A stretch of 64,000 nucleotides of DNA, taken from Escherichia phage 4E10. The translations under genes and the position numbers were made by a program. Of this stretch, positions 20,645-31,036 are shown piece after piece. The stretch lies in the sequence record OQ689735.1. One strand, written 5' to 3'. The notes under the pieces were generated by a model. The model had not been told where the DNA came from and made no database searches. It saw only the letters and a list, made by a program, of their open reading frames with translations. The number at the start of each line of letters is the position of its first letter. The stretch's first letter is position 1.

Positions 20645-20831
20645 AGTAATCTAGTGGTAAGAGAGTACGATATATTTCAAACTTTGGTCCTTTTTCATAG
20701 GCATCAAATGTTTCTGTAAATTTATTGTAAGCATATGCATCTACAAATTCGAGAATGACTTGTGATACAGAAGTAGAAACATCTCCACCTTCTTTTTGAG
20801 CAATGACAATTGTTTCTAAGTAAGCTTTCAT
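20643..20831 (-). CDS. hypothetical 62-aa protein
   Basis: ORF overlapping the ligase stop by 4 nt. Confidence 0.5.
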   Translation of the reverse strand: MKAYLETIVIAQKEGGDVSTSVSQVILEFVDAYAYNKFTETFDAYEKGPKFEIYRTLLPLDY

Positions 20832-22291
20832 AAACCAGTTACCTCATGAAAATCGCCAAATACATCCTCGAATGTATTAGCTTTAGTTTTATCTTCACGT
20901 AAACGAATCGCAATCGGAAGAAATAATTTAACGTAATCAGTGCGGCCATCAGATTTTAACCAACCGTTGCATTCGCACTCTAGAATTTTTCCAATATAAT
21001 AATTTTGGTTTTCCATAATGCGAGTACGGTCAAGTTCATGCGATTTTACACCAGCTTTATCTTTTAAGCCTGAACCAGCATTTACTTTAATTTTTCCACA
21101 CTCTGACTCAAGAATAAATCCACCCGCTTTAGTAGGGTCTTTACGGTGAGGATAAATTCCTACAATTTTTAAATCAACATCAATTATTTCTTTAAATTTA
21201 TAAAGATTTTTTGAACGAGCATTTTCCCATAATCCATCGATATTTTTGAGAATAATACCTTCAAGACCTTGGTCAATATACTTTTTATAAATTACCTTAG
21301 CTTCATCTAGGTTATTTACTACCTGGTTTTCAATTAAAATTACTTTATCATAACCTGATGTCATTTGTTCTAGTTTAGAAAAACGTACATCATATTTCAA
21401 ACGAAATGCAGGAAGACCGTATATTTCTACCAACGGGACATAATCCCAGACCTGAAACTTCATGCATTGAGCTTCTTTTTCAGAAATGGTTCCCTTTAAA
21501 GATTTATTAGCGATTCCATTAGAAGTAGTACGTGATTCAGCTACTTCGGCGAATTCTTTAGCTTTACTAATTTCAGGATAAGCATCAAAAAGAAAATCTA
21601 GGCCTTCTGGTTCCTTTTCAACTTGCTCATGGTATACCAATTCGCCATCAATTAACACACCTTCTGGATGAATCTGGCGAGCTTCTGCAGTCATTTTGAT
21701 TAACTCTTCCTTGAGAAGATCTAATCCTAGATATTCATTACCAGCTCGTGATAAAAGACGAACATCATCTAATTCATCACCTCTGACTTCAGCAAAGCAC
21801 CGAGCTCCATCAGCTTTTAATTGGGCAAAGGCTGGAAATTTGATATTCTTATTAATGCCTTTTTCATCATAAGAACTTGCCAGCATTTGAGGTTGTTCAG
21901 GAATTAAACCTGGCCAAACTTTGTTTGCAATAGATACTGATGCACCACATTCAAGGTCTCGCATCATCACCCGACGCAAAACTTCAACATCATCTTTTTT
22001 ACCGTCAGCAATATATCCAGTTAATTCCTCAATTGCCGCATTTCCGGTCAATTTCCGAGTAGCTAACGTGAATTCAATGAAGTCAAGCATATCGGTAAGA
22101 GTCAACATTCCAAAACTCTGGGTAGCAATACCAGGTTTAGGCCATTTCTTGATATAATACTGTAACCCACGAGAATAAGTCAGACGATATACTCGTTTAA
22201 GTAATTCATTATCTTTATTCTTTTCAAGAATTGCTTGCTTCTGCTTAGTTGAACCAATAGATGCTATTTCGTTCAGAATTTTAAGAATCAT
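20828..22291 (-). CDS. 30: ATP-dependent DNA ligase gp30
   Basis: 487 aa; N-terminus MILKILNEIASIGSTKQKQAILEKNK as in T4 DNA ligase. Confidence 0.93.
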   Translation of the reverse strand: MILKILNEIASIGSTKQKQAILEKNKDNELLKRVYRLTYSRGLQYYIKKWPKPGIATQSFGMLTLTDMLDFIEFTLATRKLTGNAAIEELTGYIADGKKDDVEVLRRVMMRDLECGASVSIANKVWPGLIPEQPQMLASSYDEKGINKNIKFPAFAQLKADGARCFAEVRGDELDDVRLLSRAGNEYLGLDLLKEELIKMTAEARQIHPEGVLIDGELVYHEQVEKEPEGLDFLFDAYPEISKAKEFAEVAESRTTSNGIANKSLKGTISEKEAQCMKFQVWDYVPLVEIYGLPAFRLKYDVRFSKLEQMTSGYDKVILIENQVVNNLDEAKVIYKKYIDQGLEGIILKNIDGLWENARSKNLYKFKEIIDVDLKIVGIYPHRKDPTKAGGFILESECGKIKVNAGSGLKDKAGVKSHELDRTRIMENQNYYIGKILECECNGWLKSDGRTDYVKLFLPIAIRLREDKTKANTFEDVFGDFHEVTGL

Positions 22292-22557
22292 TGTTCATCC
22301 TTTAGAGTTTGGTTTACAGCTCTATTATAAATCAATTCATCATTAAGCTCAGTCAAAGACCTGTGGTACGTGGTTCTAACTTTATTTCCTTGCATCCAGT
22401 GCTTGACGTAAATGAAACCTTGCTCTACACATTTTTTAAAAATTCGTTCGTCTTTTTGAGCTCGAAATTCTGGATTGCATCTAAAAAATTGATTTACGTG
22501 ACCGTAATCACGTGTAGTATTACCTTCATTTTCATAAATAGTGTGAACGACAAACAT
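22288..22557 (-). CDS. hypothetical protein (30.1 position)
   Basis: 89-aa ORF; ATGA overlap with ligase. Confidence 0.55.
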   Translation of the reverse strand: MFVVHTIYENEGNTTRDYGHVNQFFRCNPEFRAQKDERIFKKCVEQGFIYVKHWMQGNKVRTTYHRSLTELNDELIYNRAVNQTLKDEQ

Positions 22558-23393
22558 TAGAATGCTCCTTGGAAAATATTATCACCACCAGTAGGTCTAT
22601 TATACAAATACTCTATGCCACCAGGTTTAATATAGTTCCATGTCTGAAACGGATGTGTCTGATATGGATGATATAGATTATAAGGATTAAATCCAGGAGT
22701 TCTCCAGGTAGTGTTCCAAGGAAAAGAATCATTTTTAATCATCTTTTCAATTACATCTTTTATAGCTTTTTCACTATCAAAACTTTCTTTATTTTCCTTC
22801 GATGGAAAAAGCTTATTCTCTACATCATTCCATGTATAAACTCGCTGCGCAGTTTTTGGAATACTGTCACGCTCCCCTCGAGCCATCCAATAAACAGGAA
22901 CATTTAATATTTCACTCGCGTGATCGCAGTGGTGAGCGAGATCGTCAATATAACAAATTACGTTATATTTCTCTTTTGCCTTTTTGAACAACTCTTCTTT
23001 TGAAGAATCATGACCACACATCAATACTTCTGAGAAGGCACCAGGAAAAAGAGCATTCAAATTAAATTGACGATTTAGCAGAGCGTCAATAGAATCACCC
23101 AATGCTGTAACAGCTACAAAATTATAATCTTCTTTTAATTTGTTAATTACACACAGGGCATCTTTATACGGAGACAAGTAACGAATAAAATCTGAACGAT
23201 TGTATTTTTCAATTAACTTGACACCAAGTTCTTCATCGCAATTAAAGAGCTTACCAGGAGAAATAAATTTTTCGTCCTGAATCATTTTTAAAATATGTTC
23301 CAACGGAAGATTATATTTTTGGGCAAAATAAGGAAGACCTGATTGCCAGCTTAAACATACACCATCAATATCAGTTAAAATAGTAGGCTTCAT
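22557..23393 (-). CDS. HAD-superfamily hydrolase, 5'-nucleotidase-like
   Basis: 278 aa; HAD motif I DIDGV near N-terminus and YIDD motif. Confidence 0.65.
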   Translation of the reverse strand: MKPTILTDIDGVCLSWQSGLPYFAQKYNLPLEHILKMIQDEKFISPGKLFNCDEELGVKLIEKYNRSDFIRYLSPYKDALCVINKLKEDYNFVAVTALGDSIDALLNRQFNLNALFPGAFSEVLMCGHDSSKEELFKKAKEKYNVICYIDDLAHHCDHASEILNVPVYWMARGERDSIPKTAQRVYTWNDVENKLFPSKENKESFDSEKAIKDVIEKMIKNDSFPWNTTWRTPGFNPYNLYHPYQTHPFQTWNYIKPGGIEYLYNRPTGGDNIFQGAF

Positions 23394-23854
23394 AGAGAGT
23401 CTCTTAATAGGTTTAACACATCAATAAATTCAGCTTCAGTTAGTATTGTATCATCTTTTGTTAGACCACTAGCCATGCTGTGCTTCAAAACTTTTCCTTT
23501 CGAGGCTTGTAATGCATCACGAAAGCCCTTGTTTTGGATCGCTGCCTCAAAATACGCATTTGTGTATAATTCTTTCCAGGCTGGGGAGTATCTTGAAAAC
23601 GGAACTCCAAGCCAGAAGAGGGTCCCACGGTCCTGAGCTCTAGCATAAGACCTTCCAGCTTGTTGGGCGGCAAGCCCGGATAACCCAAATATACGTCTTT
23701 GCTGTTCAACATTTTTCACCTTACATCCTTGGAGGAATCCTTCGAGACCTCCAAATTGAATGCCATCCATAACGAAAGGCCAATAGGCGAAATTACTTAA
23801 TGCACATGATGGCCACCTAAAATTACTTCTAATCTCTAACTCAGACATTTTCAA
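23390..23854 (-). CDS. NADAR/YbiA-family (DUF1768) protein
   Basis: 154 aa; LSNFAYWPF..DG..FxxxEGFLQGCK core resembles E. coli YbiA. Confidence 0.6.
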   Translation of the reverse strand: MKMSELEIRSNFRWPSCALSNFAYWPFVMDGIQFGGLEGFLQGCKVKNVEQQRRIFGLSGLAAQQAGRSYARAQDRGTLFWLGVPFSRYSPAWKELYTNAYFEAAIQNKGFRDALQASKGKVLKHSMASGLTKDDTILTEAEFIDVLNLLRDSL

Positions 23855-24047
23855 TGCTTATAATTTCAACATCAGCCCAATGACCATAGTTTGGTAGACG
23901 AAATTCAACTGGCCAGTCACTGCCTTTTTCTAATATAATAGACTCAACTTGCGGTTCTTCATGTTCATCAGTATATGGATTTTTATCTGTTACTTTATAT
24001 GTGACCTTAATGTACTGAATTCCAAAAATCTTATTAATTATATTCAT
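23841..24047 (-). CDS. hypothetical 68-aa protein
   Basis: ORF in compact 30.x cluster. Confidence 0.5.
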   Translation of the reverse strand: MNIINKIFGIQYIKVTYKVTDKNPYTDEHEEPQVESIILEKGSDWPVEFRLPNYGHWADVEIISIENV

Positions 24048-24241
24048 ACTAATTCCTTTAATCCGTAAATAGGAGATAATTCATCACCCATACGAAGGTC
24101 TTCATTTCCATCTACCCAGGAAACAATATAAGCCTCTTTTATTTGAACACCACTCCATTTAAATGGAGGTAGAACCTTAGAAATTAATCCAGGTATACCA
24201 ACTTCCTTTAATTCAACAGTTTGACCTAAAAAGAATTTCAT
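24044..24241 (-). CDS. hypothetical 65-aa protein
   Basis: ORF in compact 30.x cluster; 4-nt overlaps. Confidence 0.5.
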   Translation of the reverse strand: MKFFLGQTVELKEVGIPGLISKVLPPFKWSGVQIKEAYIVSWVDGNEDLRMGDELSPIYGLKELV

Positions 24242-24528
24242 CAGAACCTCATCTGAAAGCCGTGTGATTTAACATTACCGCCGCCAATATCAGAAATATT
24301 AATTTCACACGCAATTGAAGGGTCAATGTCAATTTCACGATTAAGTTTAGCGATAGCTAAAGTATCACGCCCATTTACTGTACGGAATTCTAAAGGACAA
24401 ACCACATCAACATAATTTTTAATCGATTCACTGGTAGGTTGCAAATGAGCAGGAAGGTCTTTAGGCGCCTTAGAGAAAACAACTTCACAGAAATTTTTGC
24501 GGGTATCAAAATAAGTAGTCATAAACAT
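24241..24528 (-). CDS. hypothetical 95-aa protein
   Basis: start moved to ATG with GAGGAAAA RBS downstream of the terminator hairpin. Confidence 0.55.
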   Translation of the reverse strand: MFMTTYFDTRKNFCEVVFSKAPKDLPAHLQPTSESIKNYVDVVCPLEFRTVNGRDTLAIAKLNREIDIDPSIACEINISDIGGGNVKSHGFQMRF

Positions 24529-24544
24529 AGTATTTTCCTCAGTA

Positions 24545-24560
24545 AGGGGCCGAAGCCCCT
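24545..24560 (-). terminator. stem-loop aggggc-cgaa-gcccct
   Basis: 6-bp GC stem 9 nt after the stop of the 121-aa ORF. Confidence 0.5.
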
Positions 24561-24568
24561 GTTTTATT

Positions 24569-24934
24569 TTAAATATCAAATTCGTTAAGAACTACATCAA
24601 AGATTGCTTCAAGATGCTCAGGTTTAGCTCTGTTACTCAAAATATGACGAATCCAAGTTTTAACCAGAAGCTTACGATTAGCGCCATTCCAGCAAGGATG
24701 GGTCCCTAAATCGCGTTGACGAAAATCATCATCCAGAGCGATTTTAAAGTTGGAACCTTCCATTGTGATTGAAACCGTGATGCCATTTTCAAATCGCATA
24801 TAAACGTAATTAGGAGTCATATACTGTTCAATTTCGCATACTGATCCATTTTGATGTTTCCAAAGGCAAATAGTATCAATAGAACCTGCAATACCATTAG
24901 AAACATATTTACGTTCAAAGTTGATGTAGTTCAT
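24569..24934 (-). CDS. hypothetical 121-aa protein
   Basis: ORF preceded by an early promoter. Confidence 0.55.
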   Translation of the reverse strand: MNYINFERKYVSNGIAGSIDTICLWKHQNGSVCEIEQYMTPNYVYMRFENGITVSITMEGSNFKIALDDDFRQRDLGTHPCWNGANRKLLVKTWIRHILSNRAKPEHLEAIFDVVLNEFDI

Positions 24935-24971
24935 TTTTATTCTCCGAGATGTTTAATTGCGGTACAGGTAT

Positions 24972-24999
24972 ATAATATCATATCCTGTACCAAAGTAAA
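24972..24999 (-). promoter_or_regulatory. early promoter with -10 bracketed by 8-bp inverted repeat ggtacagg/cctgtacc
   Basis: minus strand GTTTACT..N16..TATTAT; inverted repeat at 24961-24968 and 24984-24991. Confidence 0.5.
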
Positions 25000-25002
25000 C
25001 AA

Positions 25003-25335
25003 TTATTTTACTACTTTCCAGTGCTTCATGTCAAGTTTACCAACTTTTTTCATCTTCTCAATCAAACGTTCGGCACGTTGGCGAGCTGTAACATAATACC
25101 ATTCGCCTAATTCATTTTGTTCAATTTTTCCAACGATTACTGTATTCAATTCATAAATCCAACCAGTAAAGAAATTATGAACTTGAATTGTAAAGGTGAA
25201 ATCTGTTCCCATACCTTCTGTTGTTTCTACTTCAATAATATCACCTTCAACTGCCATTAAGAACCACATAGTTTCATCATATTTACCATTGAAGCATTTA
25301 GTTTTAACTGCAGCGTTCAGATTAATCGTTTTCAT
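25003..25335 (-). CDS. hypothetical 110-aa protein
   Basis: ORF with early promoter upstream. Confidence 0.55.
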   Translation of the reverse strand: MKTINLNAAVKTKCFNGKYDETMWFLMAVEGDIIEVETTEGMGTDFTFTIQVHNFFTGWIYELNTVIVGKIEQNELGEWYYVTARQRAERLIEKMKKVGKLDMKHWKVVK

Positions 25336-25362
25336 TTTATTCTCCTTTGTTTGTGTAAGATA

Positions 25363-25391
25363 ATACTATCACAAAGGAACCATACTGTAAA
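25363..25391 (-). promoter_or_regulatory. early promoter (TTTACA, 17 nt, TAGTAT)
   Basis: GTTTACAG..N17..TAGTAT upstream of the 110-aa ORF. Confidence 0.5.
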
Positions 25392-25420
25392 CAACTTTGT
25401 GCAATCTTTGGAAAATAAAA

Positions 25421-25442
25421 AAGGACTCCCGAAGGAGTCCTT
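25421..25442 (-). terminator. stem-loop aaggactcc-cgaa-ggagtcctt
   Basis: 9-bp stem 4 nt after the stop of the basic small-protein gene; T-run on minus. Confidence 0.55.
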
Positions 25443-25445
25443 AAC

Positions 25446-25622
25446 TTATGCTTTCTGCTTACCAAAACGAGAAGCATCATCTCTAAGAACCGCACGTGCT
25501 CGGCGCATGATCTTCTCAACAGTTTGATTGATACGAGAGTTCGACCCACGCTTGTAGCCAGCGCGTTTAGAATCACCAACTTTCTTTTCAACTGCTTTCT
25601 TTGCTTTAGCTTGTTTTGCCAT
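25446..25622 (-). CDS. hypothetical 58-aa highly basic (Lys/Arg-rich) protein
   Basis: ATG-initiated MAKQAKAKKAVEKK...; track ORF extended upstream. Confidence 0.5.
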   Translation of the reverse strand: MAKQAKAKKAVEKKVGDSKRAGYKRGSNSRINQTVEKIMRRARAVLRDDASRFGKQKA

Positions 25623-25866
25623 TATAAATTCTCTTTTAAATGAAAATGCAGGACTTATTGGCATTGCCTGCGCAAGCCCTCAAGGGGAACGTAGGTTTTT
25701 GGATATTTAACGACAGGATAACCATAAACCCGTCATCATTCACATTCAAGAGGTACACCATAAAACTGCCGGGGTCTTAAAACTATAATGATTCGCAAAT
25801 CATTAATCAGACAGTTCGATGGCTCCTCGATTTTAGCTCACACTAAGGCAGTGAATCTCCAATAAA

Positions 25867-26115
25867 TTACTTCAGTGTTACCACAAAGTGACGAACTGCT
25901 TTTCGTGCAGCAGAAGCCAGAGGCTTAGCATACTTAAGTTCATCTTTTTCCTGAAGCTCAGCAGCTAATGCAGTTTGAGCAGGATTCAGATGTTTGAAAT
26001 AACGCAGGATTTCAAGAGCTTCGGCTTCAACATCAATAGATGCGCCATAGTTTTCGTGACCATTATTCCATGCGTTTCGTTGCAGTTCAAGAGCGTGTTG
26101 TAATTGTTTAATCAT
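25867..26115 (-). CDS. rIII: rIII lysis-inhibition accessory protein
   Basis: 82 aa, T4 RIII length and position next to gene 31. Confidence 0.85.
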   Translation of the reverse strand: MIKQLQHALELQRNAWNNGHENYGASIDVEAEALEILRYFKHLNPAQTALAAELQEKDELKYAKPLASAARKAVRHFVVTLK

Positions 26116-26254
26116 TTAAAAATTCTCGTTAGAGATTAAAACTCGGTAGTCACGTTCTTCTGAATTTCATCTTCTTTCGACAGATCTCTCAGTTGTAGAC
26201 TACCACATAGAATTGTTCGGTTAACTTATTATTCCGACACCCAATTCATATTAT

Positions 26255-26262
26255 TATTTATA
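26255..26262 (-). promoter_or_regulatory. late promoter TATAAATA upstream of rIII (long leader)
   Basis: plus-strand TATTTATA about 140 nt upstream of rIII ATG. Confidence 0.4.
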
Positions 26263-26598
26263 TCACTTATAAAGACACGGAATAGCTTTATAGTGACAAG
26301 TAACGAATTTTTGTTTAATTTCTTTTGGCTGCTTAAGACCCAGAGCTACAAAAGGATGCGGAACATTTCGAATTTGACCAACTGGAAGAGAAGTCAAATC
26401 ACCAACTTCACAAAAACCTTCAGGAACATCAGGACCGACAGAGTGAATTACACACAGTTCAGGAACTTCACCTTGAACACGTTTACCGATAATAAGTCCT
26501 GATTCTGTAACTTCTTCATCACCAGCTTGTGCAGGTTCAGAAACTAAAATAACATATTCACCGACAGCACGAATTGGTAGCTGTTGTACTTCAGACAT
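26263..26598 (-). CDS. 31: gp31 capsid-folding co-chaperonin (GroES analogue)
   Basis: 111 aa; sequence recognised as T4 gp31. Confidence 0.9.
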   Translation of the reverse strand: MSEVQQLPIRAVGEYVILVSEPAQAGDEEVTESGLIIGKRVQGEVPELCVIHSVGPDVPEGFCEVGDLTSLPVGQIRNVPHPFVALGLKQPKEIKQKFVTCHYKAIPCLYK

Positions 26599-26628
26599 CG
26601 TTTTTCCTTTTTGTTAACAGATGAATTA

Positions 26629-26655
26629 ATAATAACAAATAATTCTTAAAGCATT
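26629..26655 (-). promoter_or_regulatory. middle promoter for gene 31 (MotA box + -10)
   Basis: minus strand AATGCTTTA, 12 nt, TATTAT. Confidence 0.5.
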
Positions 26656-26963
26656 TATTTACCAATAAATTGGAGCAAATGCTCAACTTTCATACCATTA
26701 ACAGAAATCAATTTGTCAATAGAAAAACCTCGCCATGCACAAAGCTCAACATCAAATACTGGAATCATGTCAGTAGATTCTTTCCGAGTAGATTCAGTCA
26801 ATTTGCCAGTTTGCATGGTTGGCATAAAGTCTGCATCACGAGTACCTTTCATGGTACGAATAGTACCATCAGACTTTTCAAAAACCACGTTTGAAATACC
26901 CATGGACAATTTAGTTTTCAAAATTTCACGAATTGCTACTTTTTGTTCAGTCGTCAGTTTCAT
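26655..26963 (-). CDS. hypothetical protein (31.1 position)
   Basis: 102-aa ORF. Confidence 0.6.
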   Translation of the reverse strand: MKLTTEQKVAIREILKTKLSMGISNVVFEKSDGTIRTMKGTRDADFMPTMQTGKLTESTRKESTDMIPVFDVELCAWRGFSIDKLISVNGMKVEHLLQFIGK

Positions 26964-27200
26964 TTATTTACCTATTACAGTTTTAATATGAGTTGTTCCA
27001 CGTTCTTTAAGGGTGGAAAGTAATTTTTGGCATTTTTCTAAATCAGATTTCCAACTATATGGTCTATCAATACAAACCCATTCTGACTTATAATACTGCT
27101 TCCATTTAGAGAAAAAATATTTCTTAAACTCTACAGCAAATGAGATGTTCTCGTTAGAATAAGAACTAATTGCTGTGAGCTTTACCAAACGAAATTTCAT
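26964..27200 (-). CDS. hypothetical protein (31.2 position)
   Basis: 78-aa ORF abutting cd. Confidence 0.55.
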   Translation of the reverse strand: MKFRLVKLTAISSYSNENISFAVEFKKYFFSKWKQYYKSEWVCIDRPYSWKSDLEKCQKLLSTLKERGTTHIKTVIGK

Positions 27201-27781
27201 TATTCACCACAGAATTCGTTGATATTTTCCCAGTTTAACTTATTCAAGTTTTTCTTAGGAACATTAAACACTTCAATACCTGCATTTCGCAGAATATCAT
27301 CCCAACCAGGTTTATTTTTGTCGTATGTTTCACAATAAACCAGCTTTTTAATACCAGATTGAGCTATCGCTTTTGCGCAATCTGGACAAGGAGAAAGTGT
27401 TACATACATAGTAGCACCTTCAATAGAAGAACCATTTCGTGCAGCAAACAAAATTGCGTTTAGTTCAGCATGAATTTCATTTTTAGATGACCATTCCGAG
27501 TGAGCACTACGATGTTCTTTCGCCAAGACAAAACGATCAGTTGAACCAAATGATACGCATTCAGGCTTATGACCTTGAATGATAGTATGTTTAGGCTTAT
27601 TCAACAACCAACCTTGCTCAGCAGCATAATCACAACAGTTCACACCCCCTGCGGGTGAACCATTATACCCAGTAGAAATAATACGTCCATTCTTTTCAAT
27701 TACTGCTCCTACCTTCCAGGAGCAACATTTTGATTCCTGCGATACTAAATATGCAATTTGAAGTACTGTACTCGCTTTCAT
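27200..27781 (-). CDS. cd: dCMP deaminase
   Basis: 193 aa; zinc-binding HAE and PCxxC motifs. Confidence 0.9.
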   Translation of the reverse strand: MKASTVLQIAYLVSQESKCCSWKVGAVIEKNGRIISTGYNGSPAGGVNCCDYAAEQGWLLNKPKHTIIQGHKPECVSFGSTDRFVLAKEHRSAHSEWSSKNEIHAELNAILFAARNGSSIEGATMYVTLSPCPDCAKAIAQSGIKKLVYCETYDKNKPGWDDILRNAGIEVFNVPKKNLNKLNWENINEFCGE

Positions 27782-28116
27782 TTCATAATCACCAGATAAG
27801 CAGATTTAGCAGTTTCAACACGATAAATTTCGTGACGAAGTTTAGTTATACTTTTAATAACAGAACTAATTATATTCTGCCCATCTTTAAAGCGGTTTTT
27901 CTTATCAATAAAAACTGCGCCAGTCATCTTTTTGTGAAGCTCAACTGGATACTTCGTCACAATAATAGCATCATACACAGAAGGATGAATACTATTCACC
28001 AGAGTATCATTCATTAAAGTTATTCTAATGAACTGTGCTGTTTCAGAATCAAGCGCTCTATGATCGCCAGTATCATTTTCAAGACAATTATCAATTATAT
28101 CAGTTAAATTCATCAT
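27778..28116 (-). CDS. hypothetical 112-aa protein (cd.x cluster)
   Basis: ORF with 4-nt overlaps to neighbours. Confidence 0.55.
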   Translation of the reverse strand: MMNLTDIIDNCLENDTGDHRALDSETAQFIRITLMNDTLVNSIHPSVYDAIIVTKYPVELHKKMTGAVFIDKKNRFKDGQNIISSVIKSITKLRHEIYRVETAKSAYLVIMK

Positions 28117-28352
28117 AGTACGCCATACACCCTTTGTGCTTCAACTAATCCATCAAAATCCAGTTTAAGATGCGATATTTGATCGCCATCACCTGGATTC
28201 ACAATTACTAATACTGAACGAGGAGTTTCGGTAATAACACGAACCGATGTTTCAGGAAATCGTTCAGAAACCTTATTTACTAATTCCTGTGCAAATAGTT
28301 TAACTTTTTCTTGGAATTCTTTAACAGTAATTGGTTTTTCACTTAGTAGCAT
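28113..28352 (-). CDS. hypothetical 79-aa protein (cd.x cluster)
   Basis: ORF with overlaps. Confidence 0.55.
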   Translation of the reverse strand: MLLSEKPITVKEFQEKVKLFAQELVNKVSERFPETSVRVITETPRSVLVIVNPGDGDQISHLKLDFDGLVEAQRVYGVL

Positions 28353-28873
28353 GTTGATCCCAGCTCCTTACTTTCAACATTTTTAACTAATTTGACAGAA
28401 ACTAATTCAGCATCTTGAGTAATCATTACCGGACCTTCTTCATACTCTTCAAGATATTCTAGTGCTTTCTTTTTAGCCTCTTCCTTCGTATCGGTTTGAG
28501 CATAGATATAAAACATACAACCAGTAATACCTACTACTTTCCACTTAATTTCTTTATCAGTTTTAATTTCAAATTTACTGACAGAATCATCTTTTTGAAC
28601 TTCTTCGAAAAAAGAATATTCTAACATATAAGCAATTGAAAATAACGGGCTAACTTTATAGGATTCACCCATTACATCAACAGCTTTATACCAACAATCA
28701 TCAATTTCGCGTTTAATGCTAATAACATTCTTCGCAGGATCAATTTTTACTTTAAATGAATTTTCCCCAATAAAATGGGCAATTCGTTTATTAGCCCCGC
28801 AAGTTTCATTAAAAATATCTTTATACCCAGTTTTAAAGCGATAAACCTTATCTTCTTCAAACCATTCGCTCAT
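28343..28873 (-). CDS. hypothetical 176-aa protein (cd.x cluster)
   Basis: ORF preceded by early promoter. Confidence 0.6.
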   Translation of the reverse strand: MSEWFEEDKVYRFKTGYKDIFNETCGANKRIAHFIGENSFKVKIDPAKNVISIKREIDDCWYKAVDVMGESYKVSPLFSIAYMLEYSFFEEVQKDDSVSKFEIKTDKEIKWKVVGITGCMFYIYAQTDTKEEAKKKALEYLEEYEEGPVMITQDAELVSVKLVKNVESKELGSTCY

Positions 28874-28903
28874 TTCAATTTCCTCGTTTGTTTTGGTAGA
28901 GCT

Positions 28904-28932
28904 ATAATATCACAACTCTACCGTAAAGTAAA
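28904..28932 (-). promoter_or_regulatory. early promoter (TTTACT, 17 nt, TATTAT)
   Basis: minus strand GTTTACTTTAC..N..TATTAT upstream of the 176-aa ORF. Confidence 0.5.
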
Positions 28933-28935
28933 CTA

Positions 28936-29241
28936 TTAAATTGCTTTGAATTCTGATGTCTGTGATTCAAAACGAATGTCGCCTTTGATAACTAGCTCAG
29001 CATCAAGACCGAATACAACAATGATATGCGCGGAACCTGGATACAACGTGATGGCAACAGAATCCACCTGGTCTGGAAGCAAAGTGTTCAATACATGAGT
29101 CACTTGAGCATGAATTCGAAGCTCGGCTGCGTTATCAAGCTTTTCAAACATATTATTAGCGATAATTTGACTAAACACTACTTCTACAATTTTAGAATAA
29201 GTCGGAAACATATTTACCTCACATAATTTTCTTCGAGCCAA
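28936..29241 (-). CDS. hypothetical 101-aa protein
   Basis: ORF. Confidence 0.5.
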   Translation of the reverse strand: MARRKLCEVNMFPTYSKIVEVVFSQIIANNMFEKLDNAAELRIHAQVTHVLNTLLPDQVDSVAITLYPGSAHIIVVFGLDAELVIKGDIRFESQTSEFKAI

Positions 29242-29406
29242 TCAATAACATCCAAAGCGTTATCAAAAGTTTCGCCATCTACTTTGTCTTCTGTTTCATA
29301 ATCAAGAACATCTAGGCCTACTCTTCCGTCAACAATAGGCCATAGACAAAATAGATATTTCTTTTCTTTTTCAATTTTATCACAAAGATGATAAATCTTT
29401 TCTAGG

Positions 29407-29414
<8 letters not shown>
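29214..29414 (-). CDS. hypothetical 66-aa protein
   Basis: ORF. Confidence 0.45.
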
Positions 29415-30808
<1,394 letters not shown>

Positions 30809-31036
30809 TTATTTTTTCTCAACTAATGATTGAATATAATCATGTAGGTCTTTAGATGCTTTACCCCACTTATTTTGATATTCATTTTTGAGATTAGCAC
30901 GTGATTGAGCTAATAAAACATCATTAGTTGGAGGTAAAGATTCTAACCGCTGAATCTGGCGTCCATAAATCATTGCAGCCATCTCGGATTCATAAATCAA
31001 TCCTTTGAGATGTTCAAATTGATGCCATGAAATCAT
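30809..31036 (-). CDS. hypothetical 75-aa protein
   Basis: ORF. Confidence 0.5.
   Translation of the reverse strand: MISWHQFEHLKGLIYESEMAAMIYGRQIQRLESLPPTNDVLLAQSRANLKNEYQNKWGKASKDLHDYIQSLVEKK

Noticed and set aside
25700-25830. 41-codon minus-strand ORF (MVYLLNVNDDGFMVIL...) in the spacer downstream of rIII
   Set aside because: No ribosome-binding site upstream of its ATG and no codon-usage resemblance to neighbouring genes; the region is better treated as non-coding pending transcript data.
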